64,000 nt of DNA, taken from assembly GCA_963836395.1 (NCBI GenBank), contig CAWIJF010000012.1, positions 5,544-69,543 of the forward strand. Direction: 5' to 3'. The DNA is from an uncultured Ignavibacteria bacterium (GTDB lineage: Bacteria > Bacteroidota > Ignavibacteria > Tepidaquicellales > Tepidaquicellaceae). Shown piece by piece: positions 9,844-28,956 of this stretch. Numbering within the stretch: position 1 is the first letter of the stretch; every line of letters starts with the position of its first letter. The notes beneath the pieces were generated by a model that worked only from the letters and a program-made list of their open reading frames with translations, had not been told where the DNA came from and made no database searches. The translations under genes and the position numbers were made by a program.

Positions 9844-10218
9844 ATGTCAGTACAAGAAATAGCAGACAAAATCGGAGAGTTAACATTAACTCAGGCATCC
9901 GAACTAAAAAAAATATTAGAAGATAAATTCGGAGTGACAGCAGCCGCGCCAATGATGGTAGCCGGCGGAGCGCCGACAGGAGCTGCAGCAGCTCCGGTTG
10001 AAGAGCAAACTGAATTCACAGTAATACTTGCCGAAGCAGGCTCACAGAAAATCAATGTAATCAAAGCAGTAAAAAATGCAACCGGACTCGGATTGACTGA
10101 AGCAAAAGCATTAGTTGAAAGCGCTCCAAAACCGGTGAAAGAAAATATTTCAAAAGCAGATGCAGACAAATTGAAAGCTGATTTGGAAGCTGCCGGTGCA
10201 AAAGTTGAGGTAAAGTAA
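9844..10218 (+). CDS. rplL: 50S ribosomal protein L7/L12
   Basis: 124-aa intact ORF with an Ala/Gly hinge ([19 protein letters not shown]) and the C-terminal domain [24 protein letters not shown]...[11 protein letters not shown]. Confidence 0.95.
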   Translation: MSVQEIADKIGELTLTQASELKKILEDKFGVTAAAPMMVAGGAPTGAAAAPVEEQTEFTVILAEAGSQKINVIKAVKNATGLGLTEAKALVESAPKPVKENISKADADKLKADLEAAGAKVEVK

Positions 10219-10279
10219 TTTCTTTTAACAAATCAAAATAGATTTTTCACAATTAAATATTTTTTTAAATATTAAATAG

Positions 10280-10312
10280 TCCCGGCAATCAATCAGCCGG
10301 GATTGTTTATTA
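10280..10312 (+). terminator. hairpin plus T-rich tail between rplL and rpoB (possible attenuator)
   Basis: tcccggc-aatcaatca-gccggga followed by ttgtttatt. This is the position of the known rplL-rpoB attenuator in other bacteria. Confidence 0.45.
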
Positions 10313-10335
10313 AAAATTCCTGGGGGTAAAAAGAA

Positions 10336-14200
<3,865 letters not shown>

Positions 14201-14210
14201 GATTTGAGTT

Positions 14211-14246
14211 TGTAAAGTTCATAAAGTTCATAAAGTTTGTAAAGTT
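14211..14246. repeat. 4 x 9-bp tandem repeat YRTAAAGTT in the rpoB-rpoC spacer
   Basis: tgtaaagtt cataaagtt cataaagtt tgtaaagtt. Degenerate copies continue to about 14261. Confidence 0.85.
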
Positions 14247-14300
14247 ATAAGTTTATAAAAGAAATTTTTTTAATAAAAATTAAAATCCAAAGAGGTTAAA

Positions 14301-18588
<4,288 letters not shown>

Positions 18589-18617
18589 ACTTCGGATAAA
18601 TATATTTTAGATTACGG

Positions 18618-18652
18618 AAAGCCGTCTCAGATAATTGGGACGGCTTTTTTGC
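18618..18652 (+). terminator. rho-independent terminator after rpoC
   Basis: aaagccgtc-tcagataattgg-gacggcttt followed by TTTTT. Confidence 0.8.
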
Positions 18653-18792
18653 TTTGGTAAGGAAATCAGATTTTTCATACTGCTTGAACCGCCTGAAGCC
18701 CAAATCAATTTTGTAGTTTATTTATGTAATTATAAAATATAAATTTAAAATAAAAGACAAACTATATCTATTAAACTTTAAATTTAATTAAA

Positions 18793-19590
18793 ATGGAGAA
18801 CAAAAAAATCCCCGACGAGTTTTTCACAACAGATTCATTTAAAACTCTTGGAGGCTCTTCTACGGCAGTCTGGCTGGTCACAAATGTCATAGCTTCTGTT
18901 TTCAGCTATCAGGCAAAATGGATCGGACTTGTTGTTGCTCTTATCATAGCAATATCCGCATGCATCGGCAAGAAAAAGCTGGAAGTAAAATTTTATGCCA
19001 TTGCATTATTAAACGGACTGTTAATATATTCCACTTCGGTTGGTATCGACTCTATAAAAAAAGGAGCAATGGACGTCGATACTGCTAAGGTTTCCCAGCA
19101 CACTGATATTCCGCGTTCAGGATTGAATGAGGCATCGTTTAATCTTTTTGGGGGTCCTGCATGGTGGGAGCCGCAATATCTCGTTGAAAAAATAGAACTT
19201 ATCACTTATGAAAATAAAACCTTACTGAATGTGCGAGACAGCTTAATTACAGAAAATAAAAAGCTTACTGAAGACAAAAACAATGTTCAGGGCAATCTGG
19301 AGATATACAATAGTAAAATTGACAGCCTGACAAAAGAACTGCAGGATTCAACCGAAAAAAATGTTTATGAAAATGAAGCCGATAGAAATAATAAACTTGA
19401 AGCGGAAAACAAAAGTTTGAAAAACAAGATAGCGGCTCTTCAAAAAGAGAGTTACAATCCAACGAACGGTGACAATGGAACAGAGATCAAAAAATTAAAT
19501 GATAAAATATCATTCCTGCAATCGGAAACTAAGAGATTGCAGAATCTCTTAAATCAATGTATAAAAGATACGGGGTGGGGAGAGCGTTGA
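18793..19590 (+). CDS. hypothetical membrane protein with C-terminal coiled coil
   Basis: 265-aa intact ORF with about 3 predicted TM helices (AVWLVTNVIASVF, IGLVVALIIAISACI, AIALLNGLLIYSTSV). A heptad-rich K/E/N/L region follows. Confidence 0.6.
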   Translation: MENKKIPDEFFTTDSFKTLGGSSTAVWLVTNVIASVFSYQAKWIGLVVALIIAISACIGKKKLEVKFYAIALLNGLLIYSTSVGIDSIKKGAMDVDTAKVSQHTDIPRSGLNEASFNLFGGPAWWEPQYLVEKIELITYENKTLLNVRDSLITENKKLTEDKNNVQGNLEIYNSKIDSLTKELQDSTEKNVYENEADRNNKLEAENKSLKNKIAALQKESYNPTNGDNGTEIKKLNDKISFLQSETKRLQNLLNQCIKDTGWGER

Positions 19591-19784
19591 GTATTAAGTT
19601 CAATACAAAAGGAGCGCAAAATTTTAGACAGATTCAAATAAAAACCAGAAGCTTTATTACCCTTGAGAAAAGAATATGGGATTTCTTGCTACAATCTTTT
19701 ATCTGAATACTACAAATAAATTTATTCTAGATTCCCAAAACCGAATACATTTGCTTATGTTTGATTAAAAATTAATTCAATATC

Positions 19785-21362
19785 ATGAGCAGGAAGTTTC
19801 TATTTTTATTAATTTTATTTTCAAGCCAATCTTTACAATCCCAGGTAAAGCAGGACTGGGTCCGGATATTCGGCAGTCCGTCAAATGAAATATATGAAGT
19901 TACCGGTCTTGCAGTAGATAATTCCGGAAATGTATTTGTTTCAGGTTCTGTCGAAGGGGCGACGCTTTCGGATTTCATTACGATAAAGTATAATTCGTCC
20001 GGAGCGGAACAGTGGGTAAGGATTTTCACGGGACCTGTTGAAGACAGAATCATTGACATGGCTTTGGATAATTCGGGAAATATTTGTGTTACAGGATTAT
20101 CGGAAAATCAAACCGGGACTTATGACATTATTACAATTAAATATAATACACAGGGTGATTCTCTGTGGGTAAAAAGATATAACGGCGCAACTGCATTTAC
20201 AATGGATCAGCCGGTCGCAATGATCACGTTGATAAGAATGATAATATTTATGTCAGCGGTTATTCATTCGGAGCAAACCCAATGAACTATGTAACGATAA
20301 AATACAGTCCGCAGGGTGATTCGCTCTGGGTTGCACGTTATGTTGGTACCGGAACGGATTATCCCCGTGATATTTTTACAGATGAACCTGGAAATGTATA
20401 TGTTTACGGAAGAGGAACACGGATATTGAAGTATGATTCCGACGGAAATCTTTTGTGGAACAGGGTTTATCCCGAAGATGCAGGAGAAACGAATAAGCTG
20501 CTTACCGGCGATAATTCCGGAAACATTTATTTCGGGGCATCGAAGTTCACATCTACTTTTGATGATTTTGTAACATCAAAAATCAACTCTTCAGGTGATA
20601 CGCTGTGGACAAGGATCTATAACGGACTAGGAAATTTAAATACAAATCATGATGACGCAGAGGCAATAAGCATCGATAATGCCGGAAACGTTTTTCTAAC
20701 TGGGAAAAGCAGCAACCTGTCTTCTTATTATTTTTCAACACTTAAGTATAATTCCGCAGGAGTTTTTCAGTGGGAAAGAAATTATTCAAATTCTCAAAAC
20801 GGAGAAGGCGGAAAAGACATTGTCACTGATAATTCCGGAAATGTTTATGTAACAGGCGGAAGCAATGATTTTACGACAATAAAATACAACACTAACGGAG
20901 ATTCCTTGTGGGCAATGACATATGACGGACCGGCGGGACTGATAGATATCCCATCTGCAATAAGGATTGATGCCGACGGAAATGTTTATGTAACCGGAGC
21001 CAGCAGACAATCGGTAAGTACATTTGGTTTTTACGCAGTAACGATAAAGTATTCACAAAGTCTGACTAACATCCCTCCGGATAAAACTATGATTTCAAGT
21101 TATGAGCTGTATCAGAACTATCCTAATCCGTTTAACCCAACAGCTAAAATTAATTATGATCTGAAGTCAGCCGGATTTGTAGAAATTAAATTGTATGATG
21201 TCTCGGGAAGGTATGTAAACTCGTTAGTTTCAAAAAATCAGAATGCCGGTAATTATATTGTAAACATTGACGGAAATAATCTATCGGGAGGGATTTATTT
21301 TTATTCACTTATATGTAAACAATACCCTGATAGATACAAAAAAATGTGTTTTGATAAAATAA
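19785..21362 (+). CDS. SBBP-type beta-propeller repeat protein with T9SS C-terminal sorting domain (two frameshifts)
   Basis: ORFs 19785..20285 and 20282..21418. It has a signal peptide and repeated D(N)SGN(V/I)(Y/F)V(T/S)G....DF.TIKYN..GD.LW units. CTD: YQNYPNPFNPTAKINYDL...GGIYFYSL. The canonical end TKK.VLIK-stop is recovered by a 1-nt shift near 21340. Confidence 0.75.
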
Positions 21363-21446
21363 ATTTAATCCAGTTCTTACGCAGGGGCAAACATCTCCTT
21401 AAAAAAGTTTTTGACTGAAATAAATTCTTGTGATAAATATGTTCTG

Positions 21447-22690
21447 TTAATCCATCTGTCTTCTTAAGAATGCCGGCTTTGAAAAATCATCATCAATATT
21501 CAGATCTTCAAATTCAAAATCATCATCCACATCTATCTTTATTTTCTTTGTGTTCTCGCTGAGATCTTCATTGAGATTGATTTGCCTTCTCTTAATGGCG
21601 GGAACATCAAGATTGCTTAATTCCTCAACCGTCGGCAGTGTTGTAATTTTTCCTTTCTGAGACATGCTTTCTTTTGCGCTGTCTTTTTTTTCTGCTGCTA
21701 TTCAATTCTTCGGTAAAGCTGTATCTTGACTGTTTATTAAAACCCGTTGCGATCACGGTTACCATTATTTCTTCACCCATTTTTGTGTCTTCCACAAGCC
21801 CGAAAATATATTTTGCATCTTCACCGGCGGCATTCTGTATTATCTCATTGATTTTTTCTATCTCACCCATCGTAATGTGTCCGTTGCTGCATATATTCGA
21901 GAGCACGCATTTCGAACCTTCAATTTTTATTTCATCAAGTACCGGATTTACCAGTGCATCATTGGCTGAATTCTCGGCTCTGTTTTCTCCGCTCGCAACT
22001 CCTGTTCCGATCATTGCATCGCCCATGTCTTTCATGATCGTTCTTACATCAGCAAAGTCAACGTTGATCTCACCTGTCTCAGTGATTATCTTTGAAATTC
22101 CTTTCGTCGCATTGTACAATACTCTGTCGGCAAGCTCAAATGCCTGCTTCTGCGTTGCATCTTTGCTTATCAGTCTCAGTATATTCTGATTAGGAATTAT
22201 AATCATGCTGTCAACTTCATTCTTAAGCTTTTCCAGATCCTTTGTTTGCAAGCTCCATTCTTGGTCTTCCTTCGAAATGAAACGGCTTAGTTACTATCGC
22301 AACAACCAAAGCGCCAATGCTTCTTGCGATTCTTGCGATTGCAGGCGCGCCGCCTGTTCCCGTTCCGCCGCCCATCCCGGCAGTAACAAATACCATGTCG
22401 CTTCCTGCAAGAGCATCTTCGATCTCATTCCTGCTTTCTTCAACAGCTTTAAAGGCAACCTCTTCATCCATTCCGGTTCCGAGTCCTTTTGTCAGGCTTC
22501 TGCCGATTTGAATTTTTGCTTCTGCTTTGTTCTTTTCAAGTGCCTGTGCATCCGTATTTATCGCCATAAACTCTACGCCTTCAATTCCCTTATCTACCAT
22601 GGAATTTAAGACATTCCCGCCGCCGCCGCCAACTCCAACTACTTTTATCTTGGCGCCGTTCTGATTGTTTGTAACTAATTTAATTGCCAT
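21447..22690 (-). CDS. ftsZ: cell division GTPase FtsZ (two frameshifts)
   Basis: Fragments 22223..22690 ([28 protein letters not shown]), 21625..22251 and 21447..21665. The C-terminal peptide is [15 protein letters not shown]. Confidence 0.95.
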
Positions 22691-22732
22691 TTTTATTTTT
22701 CCTTTCTTACTTTAATTATAGGAATTTGTTTG

Positions 22733-22810
22733 ATTTTTGATTATTTGATTTTGGATTTTAAATTTAACATTTGACATTTGACATCTGACGTTTCTCGTCT
22801 TCCGTCTAGC
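22733..22810. repeat. degenerate heptamer tandem array (about 11 units) filling the ftsA-ftsZ spacer
   Basis: The + strand reads ATTTTTG ATTATTTG ATTTTGG ATTTTAA ATTTAAC ATTTGAC ATTTGAC ATCTGAC GTTTCTC GTCTTCC GTCTAGC. The period is 7 with gradual drift. Confidence 0.85.
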
Positions 22811-22824
22811 TCTTACGTCTGAAG

Positions 22825-24109
22825 TTACAGCTCATCAAACCATTCTTTAATTTTCTTAAATATACCCTGTCACTGTCAGCGCTTTCCTTCTTGCGTTTTT
22901 CTTTATTTCCGAATATTTATTTATATCATTCATTGTCTTTACTCTGTGTAAGACCAGCCCGACACCCGTTGCAAAGATCGGATTCTCGACTTCTTTTATC
23001 AAACCTCCGTTAAGACCCGTCGGTATTCCGAGATTTACTTCCATCCCGAGAATGTCCTCTGCCAGTTCTTTTGTTCCTTTTATCAGTGAGCCGCCGCCGG
23101 TAATTACTACTCCCGCATGAAGCTCTCTTGCAATCTGTGAATTTTGAATTTCAATTGCTGACAACTCAAATATGTCCTGCATCCTTGCCTGAATTATTCT
23201 TGCGAGAATACTCTTGCTCGTTCTCTTTGGAACTTTCCCCTTTATTGATTCAACTGTGATTTCTTCATCATTCAATATTTCCGAAACCATCGCATAGCCG
23301 TATTCTCTTTTTATTCTCTCGGCTTCAGTTTCTGAAATTCCAAGCGCTTCGATGATATCATTTGTCACAAGATTTCCCGCAATACCTATTCCCGCAGTGT
23401 ATTTCAAAACTCCTTTCTTAAAAACCGCAATGTCGGAAGTTCCGCCTCCTATGTCAATCATTCCGACTCCAACTTTTTTCTCCGTTTCATCAAGCACGGA
23501 ATATGAAGATGCGATCGGCTCAAGCACAATGTCATCGATATCCACTCCGCAGCTTGTAACGCATTTTGACAGATCATCTATTGAAGATACAAGTCCCGTT
23601 ATTATATTGACTTTTGCTTCGAGCTTTATCCCGAACATCCCGACCGGTGTTTCAAATATTCCGTCTTTCCCGTCTATTATATATTCCTGAGGTATGACAT
23701 CAATTATTGTTGTATCACTCGGCATTTTCATTATCTTCGCCTGCTCTATGAGTCTCGCAATGTCTTCTTCCTGAATTATCCTATCAGAATTATTTATGCC
23801 GATTATGCTGCTTGACTGAATGCATCTTATATAATGTCCGGCTATTCCTACTGAAACAGAATTTATGCTTACTCCCGAATTTAGTTCCGCTTCTTCCAAT
23901 GCTGCCTTTATTGATTCGTCGTTTTGTTCGGATTGACAACTATTCCTCTGTGAAGCCCGAATGAAGGAGCTTTTCCGATCCCGAGAATATCAATGTTGTT
24001 ATCATCTTTCATCCGGGCAACTATAACGCAAATTTTTGTCGTCCCTACATCTAGCCCTACAATTATGTCTTCATCAGTCTGTTCCTTTTGCTTTCCTTTT
24101 AGCTGCCAT
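22825..24109 (-). CDS. ftsA: cell division protein FtsA (several frameshifts)
   Basis: The main ORF is 22856..23899. The N-terminus MAAKRKAKGTD / EDIIVGLDVGTTKICVIVA / ...SIKAALEEAE is recovered in other frames from ATG 24109. The C-terminal amphipathic helix GIFKKIKEWFDEL-stop (stop 22825-22827) is in a shifted frame. Confidence 0.9.
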
Positions 24110-24112
24110 CTC

Positions 24113-24889
24113 TTAATTGTTTGAATTAATGATTACTTCATTTGAATATCTTAGATCCACATAGTTCATATGTTTTGCTTAGATGATTATCAAGCGACTG
24201 CTTTATATAATTTTCAAATACTGCCAGTTTATTAAGCAATAAATTTTGATAGTCTGAATTCGAAATGCTTTCTCCGGGTCTTCTCGGCAAATAGAACGGA
24301 CACGAATCTTCTGAAAGATAAACTATAATTTTATTGCTGTCCGACAGATTTACTTCGGAAATATTATTGTATAATGCTTTACTCTCTTTATAAGAATTAA
24401 GAATCAGGAACAACGCCAGTCTGAGATCTTCCTTATTATATTTGTTCTTCGGATTTGGAGTCCTTTCTATTTTTACCCCGCTGATTACAGGCAGATCATA
24501 GAGCTTGGAGGAATTTTTAAAAGGAAAAATTTCCAGTTCGTCATCTATAAGCTTTATTTCATTCTCCCCGTTAAGATATCGCCACCGGTCTTCTTTCTAT
24601 AATCTCAATTTTTAATTCCGAAGGCAGTTCTTTGCTTACAAATACTTTTTTCATCTTCAGGATGCTTTGAGATCCTGTCCTGAATAATATCAATATTTAT
24701 TTCATCCGAGCTTAATATTGAATCCTTTAGACGTGCAGTAGCTAAGGATCTCTTCGCGCGGGATTGTATAATTTCCCGTCACGCTTATTTTCTTAAACTG
24801 GATTCCGCTTCTCCATTTGATTGAATTACAGCCGATACCACTGCCCGCAAATATTACTATCACAATCAAAATATTTTTTTGATATTCAT
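24113..24889 (-). CDS. ftsQ: cell division protein FtsQ (POTRA-containing; frameshifted)
   Basis: ATG 24889 gives MNIKK. A shift occurs in an A7 run, then ILIVIVIFAGSGIGCNSIKW (TM) and FKKISVTGNYTIPREEIL (POTRA-like). ORF 24138..24413 follows. The end ...KHMNYVDLRYSNEVIINSNN-stop is at 24113-24115. Positioned between murC and ftsA. Confidence 0.75.
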
Positions 24890-26277
24890 AATGGTACTGT
24901 CCAGTTTTGATTTGGCTTTTATTCTCTTTACAAATTTATCACACAACTCGGTGATGTCACCTGCTCCCAGAAAAATGATCACGTCTCCTTCCTCGTGCAA
25001 TATTCTCAACAGCATCCTGCGAGGAGTATTCTCTTATCTTCGATGTAAAATCCTTCCTTGCCCCTCTTTTAAGTATTCAGTTAAGATCAGTTCACTGCTG
25101 ACTCCTTCAATTTCTTTTTCCCTTGCAGGATATATCTTTGCAAGAAATAAAATATCCGTTCCCGAAAATGCTTCCCAAATTCTTTGTAAAAATTCCTTGT
25201 CCTCGAATAAAGATGCGGCTGAAATACTGTTATCATTCTTGCCGGGTGTAATTTCCTCATAGCATCCAGTGTTGCATTTACTTCCGTAGGATGATGTGCA
25301 TAATCATCATAAATTTTTATCCCGTTATCAAACTTCAGCTCAAGCCGCCTCTTTACTCCGAAGAAAGTCTTCATGGCTTCGTTAAATCTTTCGGGTCTAA
25401 TATTAAATTCTTTTGCTGCCAGATATGCTGCTGTTGAATTCAGAATATTGTGATTGCCCAGAACTTTTATCATTAACTCGGCTTTGCCCGGCTTGAAAAA
25501 TACACAGTTCTTCCCGTAGCTCATATCGGTAATCACGCGATCATTATTTTTTTTGAATCCGTATAAAGTTTTATTCTCAAATTTATCAAGCACGTCTCTT
25601 ACATTTGCATCATCGCCGCAGGCAATTACTTTTGTGTTTGGCCTGGAATTTTCAACGAACTTCTTAAAGTTTTCTTTAATGTCATTGAGATCTTTATAGA
25701 TATCCAAGTGATCAGAATCGATGTTTGTTATTACGATAATATCCGAATTCAGCTCCAGAAAACTCCTGTCATATTCATCAGCTTCAACCACTGCTACCTT
25801 TCCGTTTCCGATTCTCGAGGACCCGCCGTCTAAGAAATCAATATTGCCGCCAACAAAAACAGTCGGGTCTATTTTATTCTCAATTAATACTTTTGCTATC
25901 ATTGCCGTTGTAGTCGTCTTCCCGTGAGTTCCTGCCACTGATATTACAAATTTATCATTTACTATATTTCCAAGCGCATGGGCTCTTTTCACCAGTTTTT
26001 TGCCGGTATCTTTTGCCTTCTTAAGCTCTGCGTTGTCTTCTTTTACTGCCGATGTATAGATTACAAGGTCAGCATCATCACTAAGATTATTTTTATCATG
26101 GCCTTCGAAGATCCTTACTCCGAATTTCTTGAGTCTCTGTGTTACAGGGCTCACGTTCGAATCGCTGCCCGTTACTTCATAATTCTTCTTCGCAAGATAT
26201 TCAGCTATACCGCTCATTCCGATCCCTCCGATCCCGATTAGATGAACTTTCTTTATGCCGTCAAAAATATTATTCAT
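24866..26277 (-). CDS. murC: UDP-N-acetylmuramate--L-alanine ligase MurC (C-terminal frameshifts)
   Basis: ORF 25087..26277 (HLIGIGGIGMSGIAEYL, GTHGKTTTT, DEYDRSF). The C-terminal approx. 70 aa (ILFLAKIYPAREKEIEGVSSELI...GDVIIFLGAGDITELC) is read in shifted frames down to about 24866. Confidence 0.9.
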
Positions 26278-26280
26278 TGA

Positions 26281-26751
26281 TCATTGCTTATGTGTCAGTC
26301 TTTTTGAAATATTGATGAACTCATTCTTGAGCTCTTTTTCATTTTGAAAATCATTCATTCTTATTCTCAATAATCTTTTCCTGTTGCTAAGCTTCAGCTT
26401 GACAATTCTTACATCGCTTCTCTCGACATTCATTCTTCTTTTTTCCCTGGAAAATCTTACACTTAGAATTTCATTAATTGCAATCTCTCTCTGACCGAAT
26501 CTGTTTTTGAAAATTATTTTGTTATCCCCGATTATTATTTCCCTCGCCCTTATTGCATTTGCCACCAGTACTATCAGAAAAAATACTATGAATATTACTA
26601 TGATATATATTATCGGGTCCTTAATTACAACTTCAAATCTCTCCCGGAAAAATCTTCCTTTAATCAGAATATAAGCAATGAGAGTTACCAAATAAATTAT
26701 CAGAGACTTATAGTAAAAATCTAATTTATATTTATAGATCCTCTGTTCCAT
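26281..26751 (-). CDS. hypothetical 2-TM membrane protein with basic soluble C-terminal domain (bacterial PH-like?)
   Basis: 156-aa intact ORF tightly packed between murG (stop overlaps at 26751) and murC (start 26277). TM segments are LIIYLVTLIAYILI and IIYIIVIFIVFFLIVLVANAI. No family is recognised with certainty. Confidence 0.55.
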   Translation of the reverse strand: MEQRIYKYKLDFYYKSLIIYLVTLIAYILIKGRFFRERFEVVIKDPIIYIIVIFIVFFLIVLVANAIRAREIIIGDNKIIFKNRFGQREIAINEILSVRFSREKRRMNVERSDVRIVKLKLSNRKRLLRIRMNDFQNEKELKNEFINISKRLTHKQ

Positions 26752-27840
26752 TAATTTCTAATCAAGCTGATTGCTTCCGCCGCAATTTTTTTTGCTGCCC
26801 CGGCATCTGAAAATTTACTTACATTGGCTCTTAGTCTCATTAACCTTTCTTCATTATTTATCAAACTTATTATTTCGTCAGTCAATTTATTCTCTGATTC
26901 ATTTTGCAATACTACATCTGCTGCATCATTCTTTTCAAGATTTCTAGCGTTCATCTCCTGATGATTTTCAGCAGACGACGGCAGCGGAATCAATATGGCA
27001 GCGAGCTTCAGATAAGCAATTTCCATTATGCTGGTAATGCCTGCACGGCTGATTACCAGATCACTTGCCGAATATGCCACGTCAATATTATTAAGGAACT
27101 CAAATATCTTTACCCTGTCCTGCAGATTTTCAAACTCTATTTTAAGTCTCGCGTAATCGCTGCTGCCTGTCTGCCAGATTATATTCATGTTATTCGCGTA
27201 TAATGTTTTTAAGCCAATCTCAATTAAATTATTGATCCCTCTCGCTCCCTGGCTTCCTCCGAAAATAAAAATCGTTTTTTTATCTGCCGGCAAATTAAAA
27301 TAACCAAGTGCTTTACCTTTCTCTGTCTTTTCCAGAGAGCTTCTTACCGGATGAGGAATTCTGATCACATTATCTTTTCTTTTTAAGTATTCTCTCGTCT
27401 CATCAAAATTTATTACCACTCTGTCCGACTTTCCCGAAAGATATTTGATGGTCTTCCCTGCGAAGGAATTTCCTTCTTGTATCAGCGTCGGTATTTTCAT
27501 TCTGTTTGCCGTAAAAATTACCGGTCCGCACACAAACCCTCCGGTCCCTATCACCACATCAGGCCTGAAATCCCTGATCAGTTTCCTGCTCCTTCTTAAG
27601 GCAAGAATCAGTTTTGACGGAAGCTTAATGTTTTCTAAATATACTGCTTCTGTCAAAGCCGCTCAGATCAATTGTTTCGAGCCTGTAATTATTCGAAGGA
27701 ACCAGCTTTTCTTCTATTCTTCCTTTTGCTCCTATAAAAAGTATTTCCGCTTTTTCATCCAGCTTTCTTATTTCATCTGCAATTGCTATTGCAGGAAATA
27801 TGTGCCCGCCTGTTCCTCCGCCGGCAAATAAATATTTCAT
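26751..27840 (-). CDS. murG: undecaprenyldiphospho-muramoylpentapeptide beta-N-acetylglucosaminyltransferase MurG (one frameshift)
   Basis: Fragments 27625..27840 (MKYLFAGGGTGGHIFPAIAIADE) and 26751..27656 (GTGGFVCGP, FGGSQGA, SRAGITSIMEIA, HQEMNA). Confidence 0.9.
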
Positions 27841-28955
27841 TATTCAATTATTATACCTTCATCGATCTCTTCCCTGTGCGATGAAATATTCAGCAGTACT
27901 CCTATCGCTACTGCGCTGAAAATTATTGACGTACCTCCGTAACTTACAAACGGCAGCGTGACTCCCGTTGTCGGTATGACTCCGCTCGCAACGGACATGT
28001 TCACTATCGCATTCAGTATGATCAAAGTCGTAATTCCAAATGCAAGATATTTTCCGAACTCGTCTTTTGTTTCCTTTGCGATCTTATATCCTCTTACTAA
28101 AATTACAAAATATAAAGAAAGTATGATGAATGTTCCGATGAAGCCGTATTCTTCGCCGATTATCGAAAAAATAAAATCACCGTGGGCTTCAGGCAGAAAG
28201 AAATCCCTTTGATTGGAATTGCCCGGTCCTATTCCGAATAACCCACCGTTGCCGAAACCTATTAATGCCTGCTGCAGCTGATAGCTTGAAGTTCCGCCCG
28301 ATGTGTATTCCGAATAAGAAGATATTCTATCAATGATGTAGTCCTTTGACATGACAAATATTGCTGCAAAGGGCATCAACGCAAGCAATGTAAAAATAAT
28401 ATGTTTTCTTTTTGCCGCGGATAAAAAAACCATCGTCATGCAGCTCCCGAATATTATTAAAGACACGGAGAAGTTCGGCTGGATCAATATCAATCCCGTT
28501 ATCAACAATACATAAAATATTACTGGCAAATACCCCTTATAAAGAAGCGTGATGTAGTCTTTCTTCCTTGCAAGAAGAAGCGCTACATAAATAATTATCG
28601 TGTATCGCGCGATCTCTGACGGCTGAAAGCTGAGCGGTCCCAGATTTATCCATCGGCTTGCGCCCTTTATTGGTCCTCTGCCTCCAAAGAGGGTAATGAT
28701 AAGCAAAACGATCGTGATCCATATCATCGCCTTCGAAAAATTTTCCAGGTAGAGATAGTCTATCTTCGCCACTACAAAAATTATTGCAATCGAAATAATT
28801 ATTTTTATAAGATGCTGCTTGAATAAATAATTGCTGTCCTGGAACTTCTCCAGCGCAAATGTAGAGCTTGCGCTGTATACCACTCCTATGCTGAATATCA
28901 TCAGCAGCAAAACCGGCAGCAGGATCCAGATATCTATTTTATGTTTGCCTGTCAA
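27840..28955 (-). CDS. ftsW: SEDS-family peptidoglycan glycosyltransferase FtsW
   Basis: 371-aa intact polytopic ORF (FQPSEIARY, LPEAHGDFIFSIIGEEYGFIG, PFVSYGGTS). Positioned between murD and murG. Confidence 0.9.
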   Translation of the reverse strand: MTGKHKIDIWILLPVLLLMIFSIGVVYSASSTFALEKFQDSNYLFKQHLIKIIISIAIIFVVAKIDYLYLENFSKAMIWITIVLLIITLFGGRGPIKGASRWINLGPLSFQPSEIARYTIIIYVALLLARKKDYITLLYKGYLPVIFYVLLITGLILIQPNFSVSLIIFGSCMTMVFLSAAKRKHIIFTLLALMPFAAIFVMSKDYIIDRISSYSEYTSGGTSSYQLQQALIGFGNGGLFGIGPGNSNQRDFFLPEAHGDFIFSIIGEEYGFIGTFIILSLYFVILVRGYKIAKETKDEFGKYLAFGITTLIILNAIVNMSVASGVIPTTGVTLPFVSYGGTSIIFSAVAIGVLLNISSHREEIDEGIIIE

Positions 28956-28956
28956 A

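Noticed and set aside
9891-10169. Long antisense ORFs opposite well-supported genes. Examples: 9891..10169, 12742..13149, 13394..13723, 14857..15186, 15914..16333, 16414..16779, 21674..22189, 23352..23690, 24879..25262, 34343..34735, 38544..38927, 41152..41520.
   Set aside because: They are shadow frames of strongly recognisable genes (rplL, rpoB, rpoC, ftsZ, ftsA, murC, ftsI, the carbonic anhydrase, the BNR protein). They have low-complexity S/F/L/I-rich translations and no motifs.
22726-22820. A CRISPR-like or other spaced-repeat array among the short repeats (ftsA-ftsZ spacer, rpoB-rpoC spacer and others).
   Set aside because: The units are 7-10 bp and contiguous, without unique spacers. 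There are no cas genes in the window.
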